The notes beneath the pieces were generated by a model. The model was not told the DNA's origin and did not search any database. It saw only the letters and a list, made by a program, of their open reading frames with translations. Shown piece by piece: positions 28,366 through 39,685 of a stretch of 64,000 nt of DNA. Where the stretch lies: positions 2,112,001 to 2,176,000 of the forward strand of contig OY764216.1 of assembly GCA_963668315.1 (NCBI GenBank). The letters are read 5' to 3'. A program made the position numbers and the translations under genes. Within the stretch, counting starts at the first letter, position 1. The number at the start of each line of letters is the position of its first letter. The DNA is from Spirochaetia bacterium (GTDB lineage: Bacteria; Spirochaetota; Spirochaetia; DSM-2461).

Positions 28366-30588
28366 ATGAAAGAAGAGATCATCGAACGATTACAGTGTTT
28401 TAAAAATGGCGATCTTATAGAGAGAATGGAGCTTATCGAGATCATGGATGAGCACCTGGATAAACTTATCGCCACGAAAAAGAACTCATCTCCCTTCTTC
28501 CGTAAAATGAAGAATTATATGGATCAGCTCTCATTCACAGAACCCATTGATGATTTTTTCCATCAGCTGGGCGATTTTTACGACAAGCTCTATCATGGTG
28601 GAATGGACGGGGAGGAGAGACGAATCGCCGTGGTGGATACCATGGAGAACCTTATATCCCTGGTTAAGGGAAGAAAAATCGAAAAATCTCCCGCCCGGCA
28701 TGACACAAAGAAGAAACCCGAGCCCGAAAAGGAGTTTACCGAAGCCGATGAAGAGGCCTTCGACTACGGAAGCATTGTCATGGAGTCCTCCATGGTGGGA
28801 ACCTATATCGAAGAGGTGGGGGAATTCCTCGACTCCGCCCAGGCGGCTCTTATCGATCTGGAACACGACGAGAGTAATCAGGAAACCATCAATCAGGTAT
28901 TCCGGTGTTTTCATACGGTCAAAAGTTCTTCCGCCCTTCTCGGGTATAAAAATGTGGAAGTCCTGTCTCATCATATGGAAAACATGCTGGGTAAGGTCCG
29001 GGACAGGGAAATCAGTGTCAACTCCGAACTTGTGGATATCATCTTTCACGGTGTCGGTATTATCAGGGATCTGGTGAAGATAATCGAGACCTGTCAGGAT
29101 AATAAGGATTGTCTTATTAAGAATTTCCAGTCATACAAATTAACTTCCTATATAAGGCTGATAGAAAGAATTACCCGGGAATACAAAAATAAAAAGGTCG
29201 GTGAGATTCTGAAGGATATGGGTTCCCTTTCCGATCAGGCTCTCGAGAAGATTCTGAAAAGGCAGGAGCAGGAAGAGGACGCCGTTTTCGGGCAGATTGC
29301 TCTGGAGGAGAAAGCGGTCAGAGAGGAGGACCTTAACAAAGCTCTGCAGGAGCAGTCGCGTAGCCGCACCAAACAGAGCTTCGTCAGGGTCAGTTCCGAT
29401 CGGCTCAACAGCCTTGTCGACATGGTGGGGGAGCTGGTGGTCAATCAGTCCATGATCAGGCAGCATCTGAGTCACGGGCGGGGGGAGAGTCTTTCCGAGC
29501 AGGATATAAAGCAGCTGGAGGGGGTCACCACTTCCATCAAGGATCTGGTCCTTTCCATGGGCATGGTTCCCCTGGGAGAGATGTTCCATAAGCTGCGGGT
29601 GGTGGTCAGAAATACTTCGCGCGACCTGAACAAAGTCGTCTCCTTTGAAACCCGGGGAGAGGATACCGAGATGGACAGAAGTCTGGTGGAATCGGTTTAC
29701 GACCCCCTTGTCCATATGGTAAGGAACGCGGTCAGCCACGGTATCGAGAGTCCCGATGAGAGGGCCGCCGCCGGAAAAGCGAAAGTGGGGCAGGTGGAAA
29801 TCTCCGCCGAGTATCGGGGGAACGGGGTGGAAATCACCCTGAAGGATGACGGCCGGGGGATTGATCCGGAGAAAATCGTGGACAAGGCTATTGCCCTGGG
29901 ATGGGTGGAGCCTTCCCGGAGAGCCGCCTGCATTAAGGACGAAGCCTTTGTCTACTCCCTCATCTACAAACCCGGTTTTTCCACGAAGGACAAGGCGGAC
30001 AGTATATCCGGCCGTGGTGTGGGTATGGATGTGGTCATGCAGAACATCGACAGAATCAACGGGAAGGTGGAGATTCAATCCAAGGTGGGAGAGGGATCGG
30101 TATTCAAAATCAAGCTCCCCCTGACCCTGGCCATTATCGACGGATTCGTGACGAGGATAATGGACGAATCCTATGTCATCCCCTTTGAAGCGGTGGAAGA
30201 GATCCTGGTGGATAAGGAACTCAGGCTGATCCCCACCGAGGGGGATGAACCGATGGGTGAGTCGAGGGGGAAGTATTTTCCCGTAGTCGATTTTCACCAG
30301 CTTCTCACGGGAGAGAAGGGCCGTTACGAAGGGAAGACCCTTTATTTGCTGATAAATTACGACAATACCCAGTTTGCCATACCGGTCAATGCCGTTCTCG
30401 GCAAGCAGGAGATTGTCATTAAGAATCTGAACGAACTGACCCGGAGGCAGAAACTCTTTTACGGGGGAACGATTTTCGGGGACGGTTCCATCGGATTTAT
30501 TCTGGATATCGAAGAGATCATTGACAGGTTTAACCGGATCGGCGGAAAGAAGCCGTTCGTAGATGATCGGGAGGTTAATAATGAATAG
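28366..30588 (+). CDS. cheA: Chemotaxis histidine kinase CheA
   Basis: [11 protein letters not shown] (Hpt), [33 protein letters not shown]. Confidence 0.95.
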   Translation: MKEEIIERLQCFKNGDLIERMELIEIMDEHLDKLIATKKNSSPFFRKMKNYMDQLSFTEPIDDFFHQLGDFYDKLYHGGMDGEERRIAVVDTMENLISLVKGRKIEKSPARHDTKKKPEPEKEFTEADEEAFDYGSIVMESSMVGTYIEEVGEFLDSAQAALIDLEHDESNQETINQVFRCFHTVKSSSALLGYKNVEVLSHHMENMLGKVRDREISVNSELVDIIFHGVGIIRDLVKIIETCQDNKDCLIKNFQSYKLTSYIRLIERITREYKNKKVGEILKDMGSLSDQALEKILKRQEQEEDAVFGQIALEEKAVREEDLNKALQEQSRSRTKQSFVRVSSDRLNSLVDMVGELVVNQSMIRQHLSHGRGESLSEQDIKQLEGVTTSIKDLVLSMGMVPLGEMFHKLRVVVRNTSRDLNKVVSFETRGEDTEMDRSLVESVYDPLVHMVRNAVSHGIESPDERAAAGKAKVGQVEISAEYRGNGVEITLKDDGRGIDPEKIVDKAIALGWVEPSRRAACIKDEAFVYSLIYKPGFSTKDKADSISGRGVGMDVVMQNIDRINGKVEIQSKVGEGSVFKIKLPLTLAIIDGFVTRIMDESYVIPFEAVEEILVDKELRLIPTEGDEPMGESRGKYFPVVDFHQLLTGEKGRYEGKTLYLLINYDNTQFAIPVNAVLGKQEIVIKNLNELTRRQKLFYGGTIFGDGSIGFILDIEEIIDRFNRIGGKKPFVDDREVNNE

Positions 30589-32473
30589 CAGAAGGAAATT
30601 GAGTCTGGCCCTCAGGATTATAGGCATAACGCTTATACTTCTTGTCCTTATTTTCACCATGCTGACCTATCTTGTGTCAACGAAAATTAAAGAGGGTGTT
30701 TTTGAGCTGCAGGCGCAGAATGTCCTCCGTTCCGCCAGGGAGGTAAGCGCGTCTCTTGACGAGATCGTCGGCGGGCTCTCCCGCAGGCTTTATCTTTTCT
30801 CCGGTACCAAGAGGATGATCGACAGTATTGAAAACCGCAACAGGGAGGCCATGGCTTCCATCTGCCGGGATTCCTTTGAATCGGAAGACTATTTTGACAA
30901 TATAACCATAATCGACGGCAGGGGAAAAGTCCTCATGAGCTACCCTGACGAGGGCCTTATAGGAAGGGACCTTGAGGGAGAGGATTCCTTCCGGAAAGCC
31001 CGGGAGGTGGAGAAGGGTAGTTATGTCTCCGGCAGGGGAAAAATATCGCCCTTTACCGGCGAGCCGGTATTCTATATAAGCACGGCCATATGGGACGGAA
31101 ATGTTTTCCTGGGCGTTTATCTGGCCTCTATCAATCTGAACAAGTTTTCCGAGATGCATATCAAGCCCCAGAAGTACGGGAGCACAGGCTATGCCTATCT
31201 GATGGACGACAAGGGAATCGTTCTGGGACATCCGACTCTTTCTCTGGTGGAATCCAGTCTCTGGGACTACGATTTCACCAAGGAGATCATCCAGTCGGCC
31301 GACAGGGAAGGGCAGGTTCACTACGAATGGTCCGACGGCTGGAAATACGCTTTCTATTCCAAAATGGACAGTGTGCCCTGGATCGTCGCCGCCTCTATTT
31401 ATGATGACGATCTTCTGGCTCTGTCCCGTCTCCTTCAGCAGAATATCATTATCATATCCCTGGTCTCCCTCGTCGTCATGGGAGTTATCCTGATGCTTTC
31501 GGTCTATTTCTTCGTGGGACGCCCCATCAGCCGGATCAGCATGCGTATCTCCGACGGTTCGGAACAGCTGGAATCGGCCTCCTACCAGATCTCATCGTCG
31601 AGTCAGCAGCAGGCCTCTTTTGCCACGGAACTGGCTTCCAGTGTGGAGGAGATCTCCTCAAGCATCGAAGAGCTTCAGTCCGTGGTGGAAATGAATACGA
31701 AAAATATCAACCAGAGCGAACTGATGATGCGCGATACGAATGACGGGGCCAAACAGGTCAGCGGCCAGATGGAGGAGCTGAAGGAAGCCCTTCTGGAGAT
31801 CAATGAGAACAGCCAGCAGATAGTGAAGATCATCAAGGTGATCGAGGATATCGCTTTCCAGACGAATATCCTGGCCCTGAATGCCGCGGTGGAAGCCGCC
31901 CGGGCGGGGGATGCGGGAAGAGGATTCGCCGTGGTGGCCGATCAGGTGAAGGATCTGGCCCAGAAGAGCGCCGGTGCCGCCAGCGAGACGGCCATGCTTA
32001 TTGAAAAGGCCATAAGCAGCGTGGACAAGGGCGAGGCCCTGGGCGAGAAGGTGCTGGAGATTCAGCTGAAATCGGGCGAGATGACCCAGAAAGTGGCGAC
32101 CCTGCTGGATGACGTCAACCGTTCCAGCCAGGAGCAGATGAGGGGCATCAATCAGATCACCGCGGCCATAACCCAGACGAATCAGGGCGTTCAGCAGTCC
32201 GCCGCCAGTACGGAGGAGACGGCCGCCGCCAGCGAGGAGCTGCTCAGCCAGGCCGGTGAACTGAACGGAATGGTCGATGAGCTGAACCTGCTAGTCAAGG
32301 GGAAGTTGGAAGCGGTGCAACGGCGCGAGCCGCCCTCTGTCGAAACGAAGGAAGTGGCCAAGAGGATTATCAGTGAAAAACCGGTGATTCCCGAGAAGAT
32401 AGAACCGCCGAAGAAGGCGGAGAAAAAAGCCAAGGACGTGATTCCCTTTGACGAGGATTTCGAAGAGTTTTAG
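30581..32473 (+). CDS. Methyl-accepting chemotaxis protein with Cache domain
   Basis: Two TMs around a Cache-like region; [20 protein letters not shown]. Confidence 0.95.
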   Translation: MNSRRKLSLALRIIGITLILLVLIFTMLTYLVSTKIKEGVFELQAQNVLRSAREVSASLDEIVGGLSRRLYLFSGTKRMIDSIENRNREAMASICRDSFESEDYFDNITIIDGRGKVLMSYPDEGLIGRDLEGEDSFRKAREVEKGSYVSGRGKISPFTGEPVFYISTAIWDGNVFLGVYLASINLNKFSEMHIKPQKYGSTGYAYLMDDKGIVLGHPTLSLVESSLWDYDFTKEIIQSADREGQVHYEWSDGWKYAFYSKMDSVPWIVAASIYDDDLLALSRLLQQNIIIISLVSLVVMGVILMLSVYFFVGRPISRISMRISDGSEQLESASYQISSSSQQQASFATELASSVEEISSSIEELQSVVEMNTKNINQSELMMRDTNDGAKQVSGQMEELKEALLEINENSQQIVKIIKVIEDIAFQTNILALNAAVEAARAGDAGRGFAVVADQVKDLAQKSAGAASETAMLIEKAISSVDKGEALGEKVLEIQLKSGEMTQKVATLLDDVNRSSQEQMRGINQITAAITQTNQGVQQSAASTEETAAASEELLSQAGELNGMVDELNLLVKGKLEAVQRREPPSVETKEVAKRIISEKPVIPEKIEPPKKAEKKAKDVIPFDEDFEEF

Positions 32474-32487
32474 AAAGGGGGCAGAAC

Positions 32488-32970
32488 ATGACGGAACGAA
32501 CAGGTTCGGCAAAGTATCTTGTTTTCTCCCTGGGAAACGAGTTTTACGGCATTCCCATAGAATCGGTCAGGGAGATTATCCGCTTCGATCGGCTTACTCC
32601 GGTTCATGATTCCCACGACTATATCATGGGAGTTATCAATCTAAGGGGGAAAATCATACCCGTCCTTGATCTGAGAATGAAGTTGGGTATGGATTTCCTG
32701 GATTATTCGGATAAAACCGTATTGATTATCATTGATGTGTCGGGAAAGAACGGCCCGTTTCAGACGGCCCTGTCGGTGGATGCGGTTCACGAGGTGGTTT
32801 CTCCCGGGGATAAGGATCAGGAAAGTATTCCCGATATTGGCATGAAGCTGAAAAGGGATTTTCTGACGGGCATTATCAAGAGCAGCGACAGAATGACCAT
32901 GGTGCTCAATATGAACCGTATCGTCACATCCGACGAAGTGGTTCATCTGCAGGGCGGTCCGGAAGAATGA
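32488..32970 (+). CDS. cheW: CheW adaptor
   Basis: YLVFSLGNEFYGI, GVINLRGKIIPVLDLR. Confidence 0.93.
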   Translation: MTERTGSAKYLVFSLGNEFYGIPIESVREIIRFDRLTPVHDSHDYIMGVINLRGKIIPVLDLRMKLGMDFLDYSDKTVLIIIDVSGKNGPFQTALSVDAVHEVVSPGDKDQESIPDIGMKLKRDFLTGIIKSSDRMTMVLNMNRIVTSDEVVHLQGGPEE

Positions 32971-34034
32971 TTAAAGTTCTCATCGTGGATGATTCGGCCC
33001 TGGTCCGGCAGTTTTTGAGCAAGGGGCTGGAGGAATTCGATGATATTGAAGTGGTGGGGATGGCTCCCGATCCTTATGTGGCCCGGGAAATGGTGGTGGA
33101 AAAGAAGCCCGATGTGATGACTCTGGATATAGAGATGCCCCGTATGGACGGACTGACTTTCCTCAGCAAGCTCATGGCCTATTTCCCCCTTCCGGTGATT
33201 ATTGTCAGTTCCGTGACCACACGGGATAACCAGGCGGCTATCAAGGCTCTGGAAATGGGAGCCTTTGACGTGGTGAACAAACCGGGGGGTAGTATCTCGG
33301 TCAAGGAAGTGATCGGGGATATCGTCGGGAAAATCCGGCAGGCTTATAAAGTGAAAGCGACCTTCCTCACCCGTAGAAAGGCTATTTCCGCCCTGACGGT
33401 CACCCGGAAGGCAGATCCCCGGGAGAAGGAGTACCTTTCGGGGGTGAAAACCACCGGTGTTTATGTGGCCATAGGGAGTTCCACCGGCGGTACGGTGGCT
33501 CTGGAGTATATCCTGTCCCAGCTTCCGCCCTATCTCCCTCCGCTTCTAATCGTCCAGCACATGCCCCTGAATTATACCGCCCCCTTTGCCGAGCGGCTGA
33601 ACAGTATAAGCTCCCTTACGGTTAAGGAATCAAGGGAGGGGGAGGTTCTCCAGGCGGGCCATGCCTATATTGCCCGGGCCGGAGTGCATATGCGCTTTGC
33701 CCGGCGGGGGACTTCGGGTATGCTGGTGCATGAGGACAGCGAGAAGGTCTCCTATCAGAAACCCGCCGTGGATGTTCTGTTTCAGAGTATGGCGGAAGGG
33801 GCGGGCAAAAACGTTCTGGCCATAATACTCACGGGAATGGGAAGCGACGGGGCGAGGGGAATGCTGGACCTGAAGAAGGCCGGAGCCATGACCGTGGCCC
33901 AGGACGAAGCGACATCCGTCGTGTGGGGCATGCCGCGGGCCGCCGTCAAATGCGGGGCCGCCGACCGGGTGCTTTCCCTTGATAAGATTCCCCGGGAGAT
34001 CATTCAGTTCTCCCTGGGACACCGGGAACTCTAG
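32967..34034 (+). CDS. cheB: Chemotaxis methylesterase CheB
   Basis: REC domain plus GSSTGG, QHMP, TGMGSDG. Confidence 0.95.
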   Translation: MIKVLIVDDSALVRQFLSKGLEEFDDIEVVGMAPDPYVAREMVVEKKPDVMTLDIEMPRMDGLTFLSKLMAYFPLPVIIVSSVTTRDNQAAIKALEMGAFDVVNKPGGSISVKEVIGDIVGKIRQAYKVKATFLTRRKAISALTVTRKADPREKEYLSGVKTTGVYVAIGSSTGGTVALEYILSQLPPYLPPLLIVQHMPLNYTAPFAERLNSISSLTVKESREGEVLQAGHAYIARAGVHMRFARRGTSGMLVHEDSEKVSYQKPAVDVLFQSMAEGAGKNVLAIILTGMGSDGARGMLDLKKAGAMTVAQDEATSVVWGMPRAAVKCGAADRVLSLDKIPREIIQFSLGHREL

Positions 34035-34156
34035 AGAGCGGAGAGTCTCTCAAATCTTAAGTATAACATAATGAATAGTTTATTATATTTTACTGAAAAT
34101 AATGGGAATATTCTTACAAAGTTGTTATATTAAGAGGCGAAATCAGGAGGAATTTC

Positions 34157-34960
34157 ATGACAAAAAAGATTTTAATACTTACGATTGCCGTTGCGGCTGT
34201 GTTCTCTTTGAGCGCCCAGTCATCGGTTAAGGGAATTTCCGTCAATGGATTAACCGGTCTTATGACCACGCCTACCGCCCGTATCGGCTGGGAAAAATCC
34301 GATGTGGGACTGGATTTCGGTTATACCTATCTCGGTGCTGACGGAGACGTCACCCATGTGCCCCGCCTGACTCTGAGCCTTTTTGAAAAGCTCGAAGTGG
34401 CCGGCGCGTTTGCCATGGGCGAAAGAGGAACAGGTGTCGACGATAACGGCTTTATGCTGGCCGGTAAATTCCAGTTCTACCGTTCCGGCGGTTCGTCCCT
34501 GGCGGCGGGAATGGATTTTTCCAATTACGATTATGATAATAATTCCGGAGATCCGGAAAGACTTGTAAGACCCTTCATCGTGGCTACCTACAGCGGCGAC
34601 TTCTTCGAGGCTCCCGCCATAACCAGTATGGCCTTCGGATGGGATCTGGACGACGGAGACGACGACGGCCTGGATTTTGAGAACTTCAATTACTCCATGG
34701 GCTTTGAAATGTCCCTCTTTCCCAAGACTTTCAAGAATTATATCTTCTGGATGAGCGATTTCTCCAACTACAGCTTTGGACGTTACGGCGATAGAAGTAC
34801 GGCAGGTTTGTCCTTGGCCCGCGGTATTTTCAACTCCGGCATCAGAATCGATCCTATCAAAAACAGCCAGTATAAATTCGTTATCGATGTAGTCGGTACC
34901 GACCTTCTCGATACCAACCGGGGCTTCATGCTGGACGCCACTTTCGGTCTGGCCCTTTAG
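34157..34960 (+). CDS. Putative outer-membrane beta-barrel protein (YjbH-like N-terminus)
   Basis: Signal peptide, NGLTGLMTTPTA, amphipathic strands. Confidence 0.6.
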   Translation: MTKKILILTIAVAAVFSLSAQSSVKGISVNGLTGLMTTPTARIGWEKSDVGLDFGYTYLGADGDVTHVPRLTLSLFEKLEVAGAFAMGERGTGVDDNGFMLAGKFQFYRSGGSSLAAGMDFSNYDYDNNSGDPERLVRPFIVATYSGDFFEAPAITSMAFGWDLDDGDDDGLDFENFNYSMGFEMSLFPKTFKNYIFWMSDFSNYSFGRYGDRSTAGLSLARGIFNSGIRIDPIKNSQYKFVIDVVGTDLLDTNRGFMLDATFGLAL

Positions 34961-35064
34961 TCTGTCTCCTCCCTGCCCGGAATTGATTAAAGCCGAACAG
35001 AATGTTATCCTGTTCGGCAGGGACTTCCCGCGGGGAGTCCACTTCGTGTCAGGGAGGGACGATT

Positions 35065-36126
35065 GTGTCCAATGTGGTATTAAAAGCGGAAGATCTGAAC
35101 GGTTATCTAACCGAGGATGATCAGAAAAATCTGGACTCCATGAATGTGCTTTACAAGAAGGCAATGGAGTGTTACGCCCGTTTAAACAAGGGTGAGGGAA
35201 ATTCGGCTGCCGAAGAGGCGGAACGGAATAAAATCATTTCCCTTTACGAGGAAATGGGCAACCTCATGCAGGATATCACAAGCAAAGAGGGAGCCCTGAA
35301 GGTGTACTCCTTCGAGACTCCCCAGATCAAGCACGGGGAAGTCTCCCGTCTTATTGCCAAACTGAGGGATGTACGAACCGGTCACGATGAGTTCGTCTAC
35401 TATGTGCAGAGGGCTTTCGAGCTTCTTTTCAGTCTGGCCTGGCAGGGCGAGGGGTATAAAAAAAACCACCTCGTCGTTAAAACGCCCGTTACCATGCCCG
35501 TACAGAACTATGCGGTTCATAAAATCCCCAATGTGGATCATGAAATAGAGGATACCGTCATGTGCGTTATGCTCAGGGGAGCCCTTCTTCCCAGCATGAT
35601 CCTCTCCAAGGAGATACAGGAGTACTCTTCCACCGGCTATGTGACTCCCTTCGCTCTTTTCAAGATCAAGAGGGATGAAACGAAAATGAAAGAGGATATG
35701 GAGTATATCCTCGATCTGGAAAAATCCTATTTCAACCTGGAAGAGCTGGACGGAAAAAATCTTGTCTTCGCCGATCCCATGAACGCCACGGGAGGCAGTT
35801 TCGTTACCATTATCAAGTATCTGCTTGACCAGGGGGTTAAACCTAAATCCATCAAGGTCCTGAATGTTATCTCCGCCCTGAAAGGTTCTCTGCAGATTGT
35901 AAGAGCCGTGGAGGGTGTGACGGTTTATACTCTGTGGATGGATCCCATCCTCAATGAGGCGGCCTATATCCTCCCCGGACTGGGCGATGCGGGCGACCGG
36001 CTTAACGGCGTGGACCTTCCCGATAAACCAAGAAATATGATTCAGCTCATCGCCGATTACGGTTCCAATATGGCATCCCTCTACAGGGATCAGGTCAGGA
36101 AAATTGAAGAGACCATTCTCGGCTAG
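35065..36126 (+). CDS. upp: Uracil phosphoribosyltransferase with N-terminal extension
   Basis: [30 protein letters not shown]. Confidence 0.88.
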   Translation: MSNVVLKAEDLNGYLTEDDQKNLDSMNVLYKKAMECYARLNKGEGNSAAEEAERNKIISLYEEMGNLMQDITSKEGALKVYSFETPQIKHGEVSRLIAKLRDVRTGHDEFVYYVQRAFELLFSLAWQGEGYKKNHLVVKTPVTMPVQNYAVHKIPNVDHEIEDTVMCVMLRGALLPSMILSKEIQEYSSTGYVTPFALFKIKRDETKMKEDMEYILDLEKSYFNLEELDGKNLVFADPMNATGGSFVTIIKYLLDQGVKPKSIKVLNVISALKGSLQIVRAVEGVTVYTLWMDPILNEAAYILPGLGDAGDRLNGVDLPDKPRNMIQLIADYGSNMASLYRDQVRKIEETILG

Positions 36127-37018
36127 GCTTCTTTTCCTCTTCTTCGTGTTTGCCGCCCTCTTCTCTTGCGCCGGCACTCCCGAGGGGGAGCATCTGGCCG
36201 ACGATTATTACAATCTGGCCCGGGAATTTCACCGGCTGGGAATTTATGACCGGGCCGAGAAATATTACCTGATCTGTCTGGACCGGGAGCCCGAGGGGCG
36301 TGATGCCCTTTATAATCTGGCCCTTGTCTATCTGGAAACGGGGAATCCCGATAAAGCTCTGCCGTTTCTGGAAAAGCTCTTCTCCTTTGACGGGAACAAC
36401 CTGGTCATTATGGATGCTCTGGGAATCGCCTATTCTCTGAAGGAGGAGTGGGACGAATCCCTCTCCTGGTATGACCGGGTTCTGGCAATTTTCCCCTGGG
36501 ACAGCACGGCCTTATACAACAGCGCCCTTATCCTTTCCGATCAGGAAAGACCCGGGGAGGCTCTGGAAAGGCTCGACCGGCTCTGGACCAGGGATAAATC
36601 CTACCGGACAGCCATCGCCCTCTGGGAGAGGACGGAAGAGCGGACGGCGGAAATCAGGGGGGAGTATCTGGAGTCGGCCGTAACGGAGGATGAAGAGCAG
36701 AGGGTGGACCTGATGAAACGGAAGTTCACATTCTGCCTCGCCCAGAACAGAGAGGATGAAGCCCTGGCCCTGGCGGAAGAACTGAAAGAAAAAGATCCTG
36801 AGCAGGAAGGATGGTACTGGTTCAAGGAGGGGGAGCTCCTTCTCAGACAGTACCGGACGGAAGAGGGCCTTGCTTCTGTCAGGGAGGCTTTCCGCAAAGG
36901 CTTTCACCGTGAGAGTGATATCTCCGCTCTGGCGGAGCAGCTGGCTCCCAACTACCGGAATATTATTCTGGAGATGGAAGAACTCTATTTTCCAGAGAAC
37001 GAAGGCGATGTTAATTAA
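36104..37018 (+). CDS. TPR-repeat lipoprotein
   Basis: LFSC lipobox; YYNLA/ALYNLA TPR repeats. Confidence 0.8.
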   Translation: MKRPFSARLLFLFFVFAALFSCAGTPEGEHLADDYYNLAREFHRLGIYDRAEKYYLICLDREPEGRDALYNLALVYLETGNPDKALPFLEKLFSFDGNNLVIMDALGIAYSLKEEWDESLSWYDRVLAIFPWDSTALYNSALILSDQERPGEALERLDRLWTRDKSYRTAIALWERTEERTAEIRGEYLESAVTEDEEQRVDLMKRKFTFCLAQNREDEALALAEELKEKDPEQEGWYWFKEGELLLRQYRTEEGLASVREAFRKGFHRESDISALAEQLAPNYRNIILEMEELYFPENEGDVN

Positions 37019-37094
37019 TTGTTAACTTAAGCCGATGATATAAATGAGTCTTTCCTTCCGGGAAGACATGCCGTATTTTGAGAAAGGAAAAATC

Positions 37095-37532
37095 ATGAAT
37101 CGAAGCCGAACAATCAGTTATACACTAATGCAGCTGGCTCTGTCTCTGTATTTTATCGTCCTGGGCATTCAGGAAGTCAGCGGGTCGCAGCAGTCCGATC
37201 TGGTCAGGGGTGTCAGTTCTCTTTTCTCAGGCAATCCCACCATGGACAGCAATGTTCAGATGATCATCGGCATCATTGCCCTTGTCTCGGGAGCTCTGAT
37301 GCTTCTGGGGGTCTTCCAGCTCGTCAAGGGACGGGCTGTGGATATGTTCATTGCGGTAATCTTTCTCTTTTGGCTGGTCCGGATAGTGTATGTCCGGTTT
37401 ATTCTGGAAATGAACCTTGTTTCGGGAACCCTGTCTTTTTATCCCAACCTTGAAGAGTGGCTTCTTTCCCTGTCCCACGATATCCTGGTCCTCTGCTCCA
37501 CATTTATCATAATGCAGCTACACAGAGAATAA
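37095..37532 (+). CDS. Hypothetical 4-TM membrane protein
   Basis: Four hydrophobic segments, AAGGA RBS. Confidence 0.65.
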   Translation: MNRSRTISYTLMQLALSLYFIVLGIQEVSGSQQSDLVRGVSSLFSGNPTMDSNVQMIIGIIALVSGALMLLGVFQLVKGRAVDMFIAVIFLFWLVRIVYVRFILEMNLVSGTLSFYPNLEEWLLSLSHDILVLCSTFIIMQLHRE

Positions 37533-39083
37533 TCAGATCGTATTGGGAACGGGGGCTTCGTTTTTCCTGTAAAGATATTTGAAGGGATGAATATCCAGGG
37601 CGTTGGGATACCATCCTCCCAGGAACCGGAGATCAAGCATATGGATCGCCGGGAAGTGTGCCAGGGGCAGGATTTCTCCTGTTTCCAGAAGATATTTTTC
37701 GGCCTGGCTTAACTCTCCAAACCGGTTTTCCTCTCCCGTCTTGCCCGAGTCTTTCAGAAGATCATCAAATTCCCTGCTCTTGAAAGAGGCGTCGTTGAAA
37801 CTGCTCTGCGACTGCCACATTTGAAGAAACGTCATGGGATCGGCATAATCACCCGCCCAGGAAAGATGCCCCAGGGTATATCCCGGCTCCGCCAGGGAGT
37901 CGTAATAGTCGGCGGCGGGAATGGTCTCTATCCTCACCGTCGTATCCAGCGCCTCTTCCCAGTACTGCTTCATCCAGATGGGAACGGGATCGCCCCAGAG
38001 GCCGGCGGGAATCCTGACAACGATTTCGGGCAGCCCCTTGCCGCCGGGAAATCCGGCCTTATCCAGCAGCTTCATCGCCTCCTCTTCGTTCCGGACCATG
38101 GGGCCGGCCGGTACGGGATAGTCGCCGATGGGAGGGACCAGCGTATGGGCCGGAATGAGCTGCTGGCTGTATATTTTATCCCAGGGGAGCAGAAGGGCCA
38201 GAGCTTTCCGGACATTACCCCTGTTCCAGGGGGTATCTCTGTTATTGAAATAGTAATAGGTCGTTCCGAAGAGGGGGGACATGACCATACCGTTGGGATT
38301 GGTCAGCAGGTTCGTACTGTAGCCTGACATTATCCAGTCAAGCTCGAAACGGTTGAATTTGGCCATGACGGCCTGGGGATCCCGGTTCATGGTTACTTCA
38401 ATCGTCTCTATATCAATACTGTCCCTGTCCCAGTAGTAGGGGTTGGCTTCCAGAACGATACGGTCAGGTTCGCTTGATCGTATGCGGTAGGGACCGGTAA
38501 CGGGTATATTTCTTACCCTGGACCAGTCGTCAATATTCTGCATGACCGGATGGACCGGCACGAAACTGAAATGGCAGAGAATACTTAGAAGCTGGGGAGC
38601 GGGCTCATTCAGGGTAACCAGCAGCTCGTTATCCTTTACCGCCTTAATGCCGACTTCCTCCTCGCTTGCCCGGCCGCTGCGGTAATCTGCCGCTCCGGAA
38701 ATGACATCGAGGAGTGAGGAAAAATAGGAACCGCTTTCGGGTGAGAGGCATTTGAGCCAGCTGGACCGTATCTGCTGTGCCGTGACTTTATCGCCGTTGC
38801 TGTAGCGGGCGTCTTCTCTCAGGTAAAAAGTCCAGGACAGTTTATCATCGGAGAGCTTCCACCAGGCCGCCAGGCCGGGAAGGGGTTTCATGGTGGAGGG
38901 ATGGTAGGTAACCAGCCCCTCGTAGAGGCCTGTGAAAAGCTGGGCTTCCGTCGTATTGACCGCTTTATGGGGATCCAGCTGGATGGAACCGGAACCGAGA
39001 TAAAGGCTGAGCATGTCCTCTTCGGCCTGCAGGGCGTACAGAGAGGAGAAGAGCAGAAAAAGCGGCAGAAATCTTTTAAGCAA
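37533..39083 (-). CDS. oppA: Peptide ABC transporter substrate-binding protein
   Basis: LDPH, LYEGLV, WTFYLREDARYSNG, TGPY, WAGDYADP. Confidence 0.88.
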   Translation of the reverse strand: MLKRFLPLFLLFSSLYALQAEEDMLSLYLGSGSIQLDPHKAVNTTEAQLFTGLYEGLVTYHPSTMKPLPGLAAWWKLSDDKLSWTFYLREDARYSNGDKVTAQQIRSSWLKCLSPESGSYFSSLLDVISGAADYRSGRASEEEVGIKAVKDNELLVTLNEPAPQLLSILCHFSFVPVHPVMQNIDDWSRVRNIPVTGPYRIRSSEPDRIVLEANPYYWDRDSIDIETIEVTMNRDPQAVMAKFNRFELDWIMSGYSTNLLTNPNGMVMSPLFGTTYYYFNNRDTPWNRGNVRKALALLLPWDKIYSQQLIPAHTLVPPIGDYPVPAGPMVRNEEEAMKLLDKAGFPGGKGLPEIVVRIPAGLWGDPVPIWMKQYWEEALDTTVRIETIPAADYYDSLAEPGYTLGHLSWAGDYADPMTFLQMWQSQSSFNDASFKSREFDDLLKDSGKTGEENRFGELSQAEKYLLETGEILPLAHFPAIHMLDLRFLGGWYPNALDIHPFKYLYRKNEAPVPNTI

Positions 39084-39100
39084 AGGGTTACTCCTTGAAA

Positions 39101-39454
39101 TTATGAGACGCAGAGGAGGGAGAGAATCTTTTTATAGTCCTCGCTTCTGAGCGGCTTTATGAATACATCGTCGAAGCCGCAGGACTTCAGATGATCAATC
39201 ATGGAATCGTCGCTGGTGATGGCGATGAGAGGCGTGGTTATTCCCAGGGAACGGGCTTCCTTGACGAGAACATCACCGTTCATTCCCGGCATGTACTGAT
39301 CCAGAATAATGACGTCGAACTGGTGAAGCTTCATGGAATTCAGCGCTGTCCTCCCGTCTTCGGCGAGGAAACAGTCAATCCCGGCCTTCCTGCACTGGAT
39401 TTCCATAATTTTTCTATTGGTGAATTCATCTTCCGCATAGAGAATTTTACCCAT
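39101..39454 (-). CDS. Single-domain response regulator
   Basis: YAEDE, LDQYMPGMNG, FIKP. Confidence 0.85.
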   Translation of the reverse strand: MGKILYAEDEFTNRKIMEIQCRKAGIDCFLAEDGRTALNSMKLHQFDVIILDQYMPGMNGDVLVKEARSLGITTPLIAITSDDSMIDHLKSCGFDDVFIKPLRSEDYKKILSLLCVS

Positions 39455-39685
39455 ACGTACCTTCCCGCTTCTCATCTATTATAATACATCTTATCGGGAT
39501 TCATGTTTTTTTTCCACAATAAATTGTTAAGAACGGTAAAAAAGGTTTTCCGTCTTTACGATTCCCCGTAAAAAGGGGAAATATCCTGTTTCCCGCCTAT
39601 GTTGCCCTTTACAGGAACGGAATAATGGCCGATTTTTGTAAGAGGGAAGGACCGCAAGGGGCCGGACCTTAAAGGGATAACAGGG

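Noticed and set aside
39480..39685. Several small hairpins upstream of the OmpA-family gene (riboswitch?)
   Set aside because: No match to riboswitch consensus motifs I can recognise; stems are short
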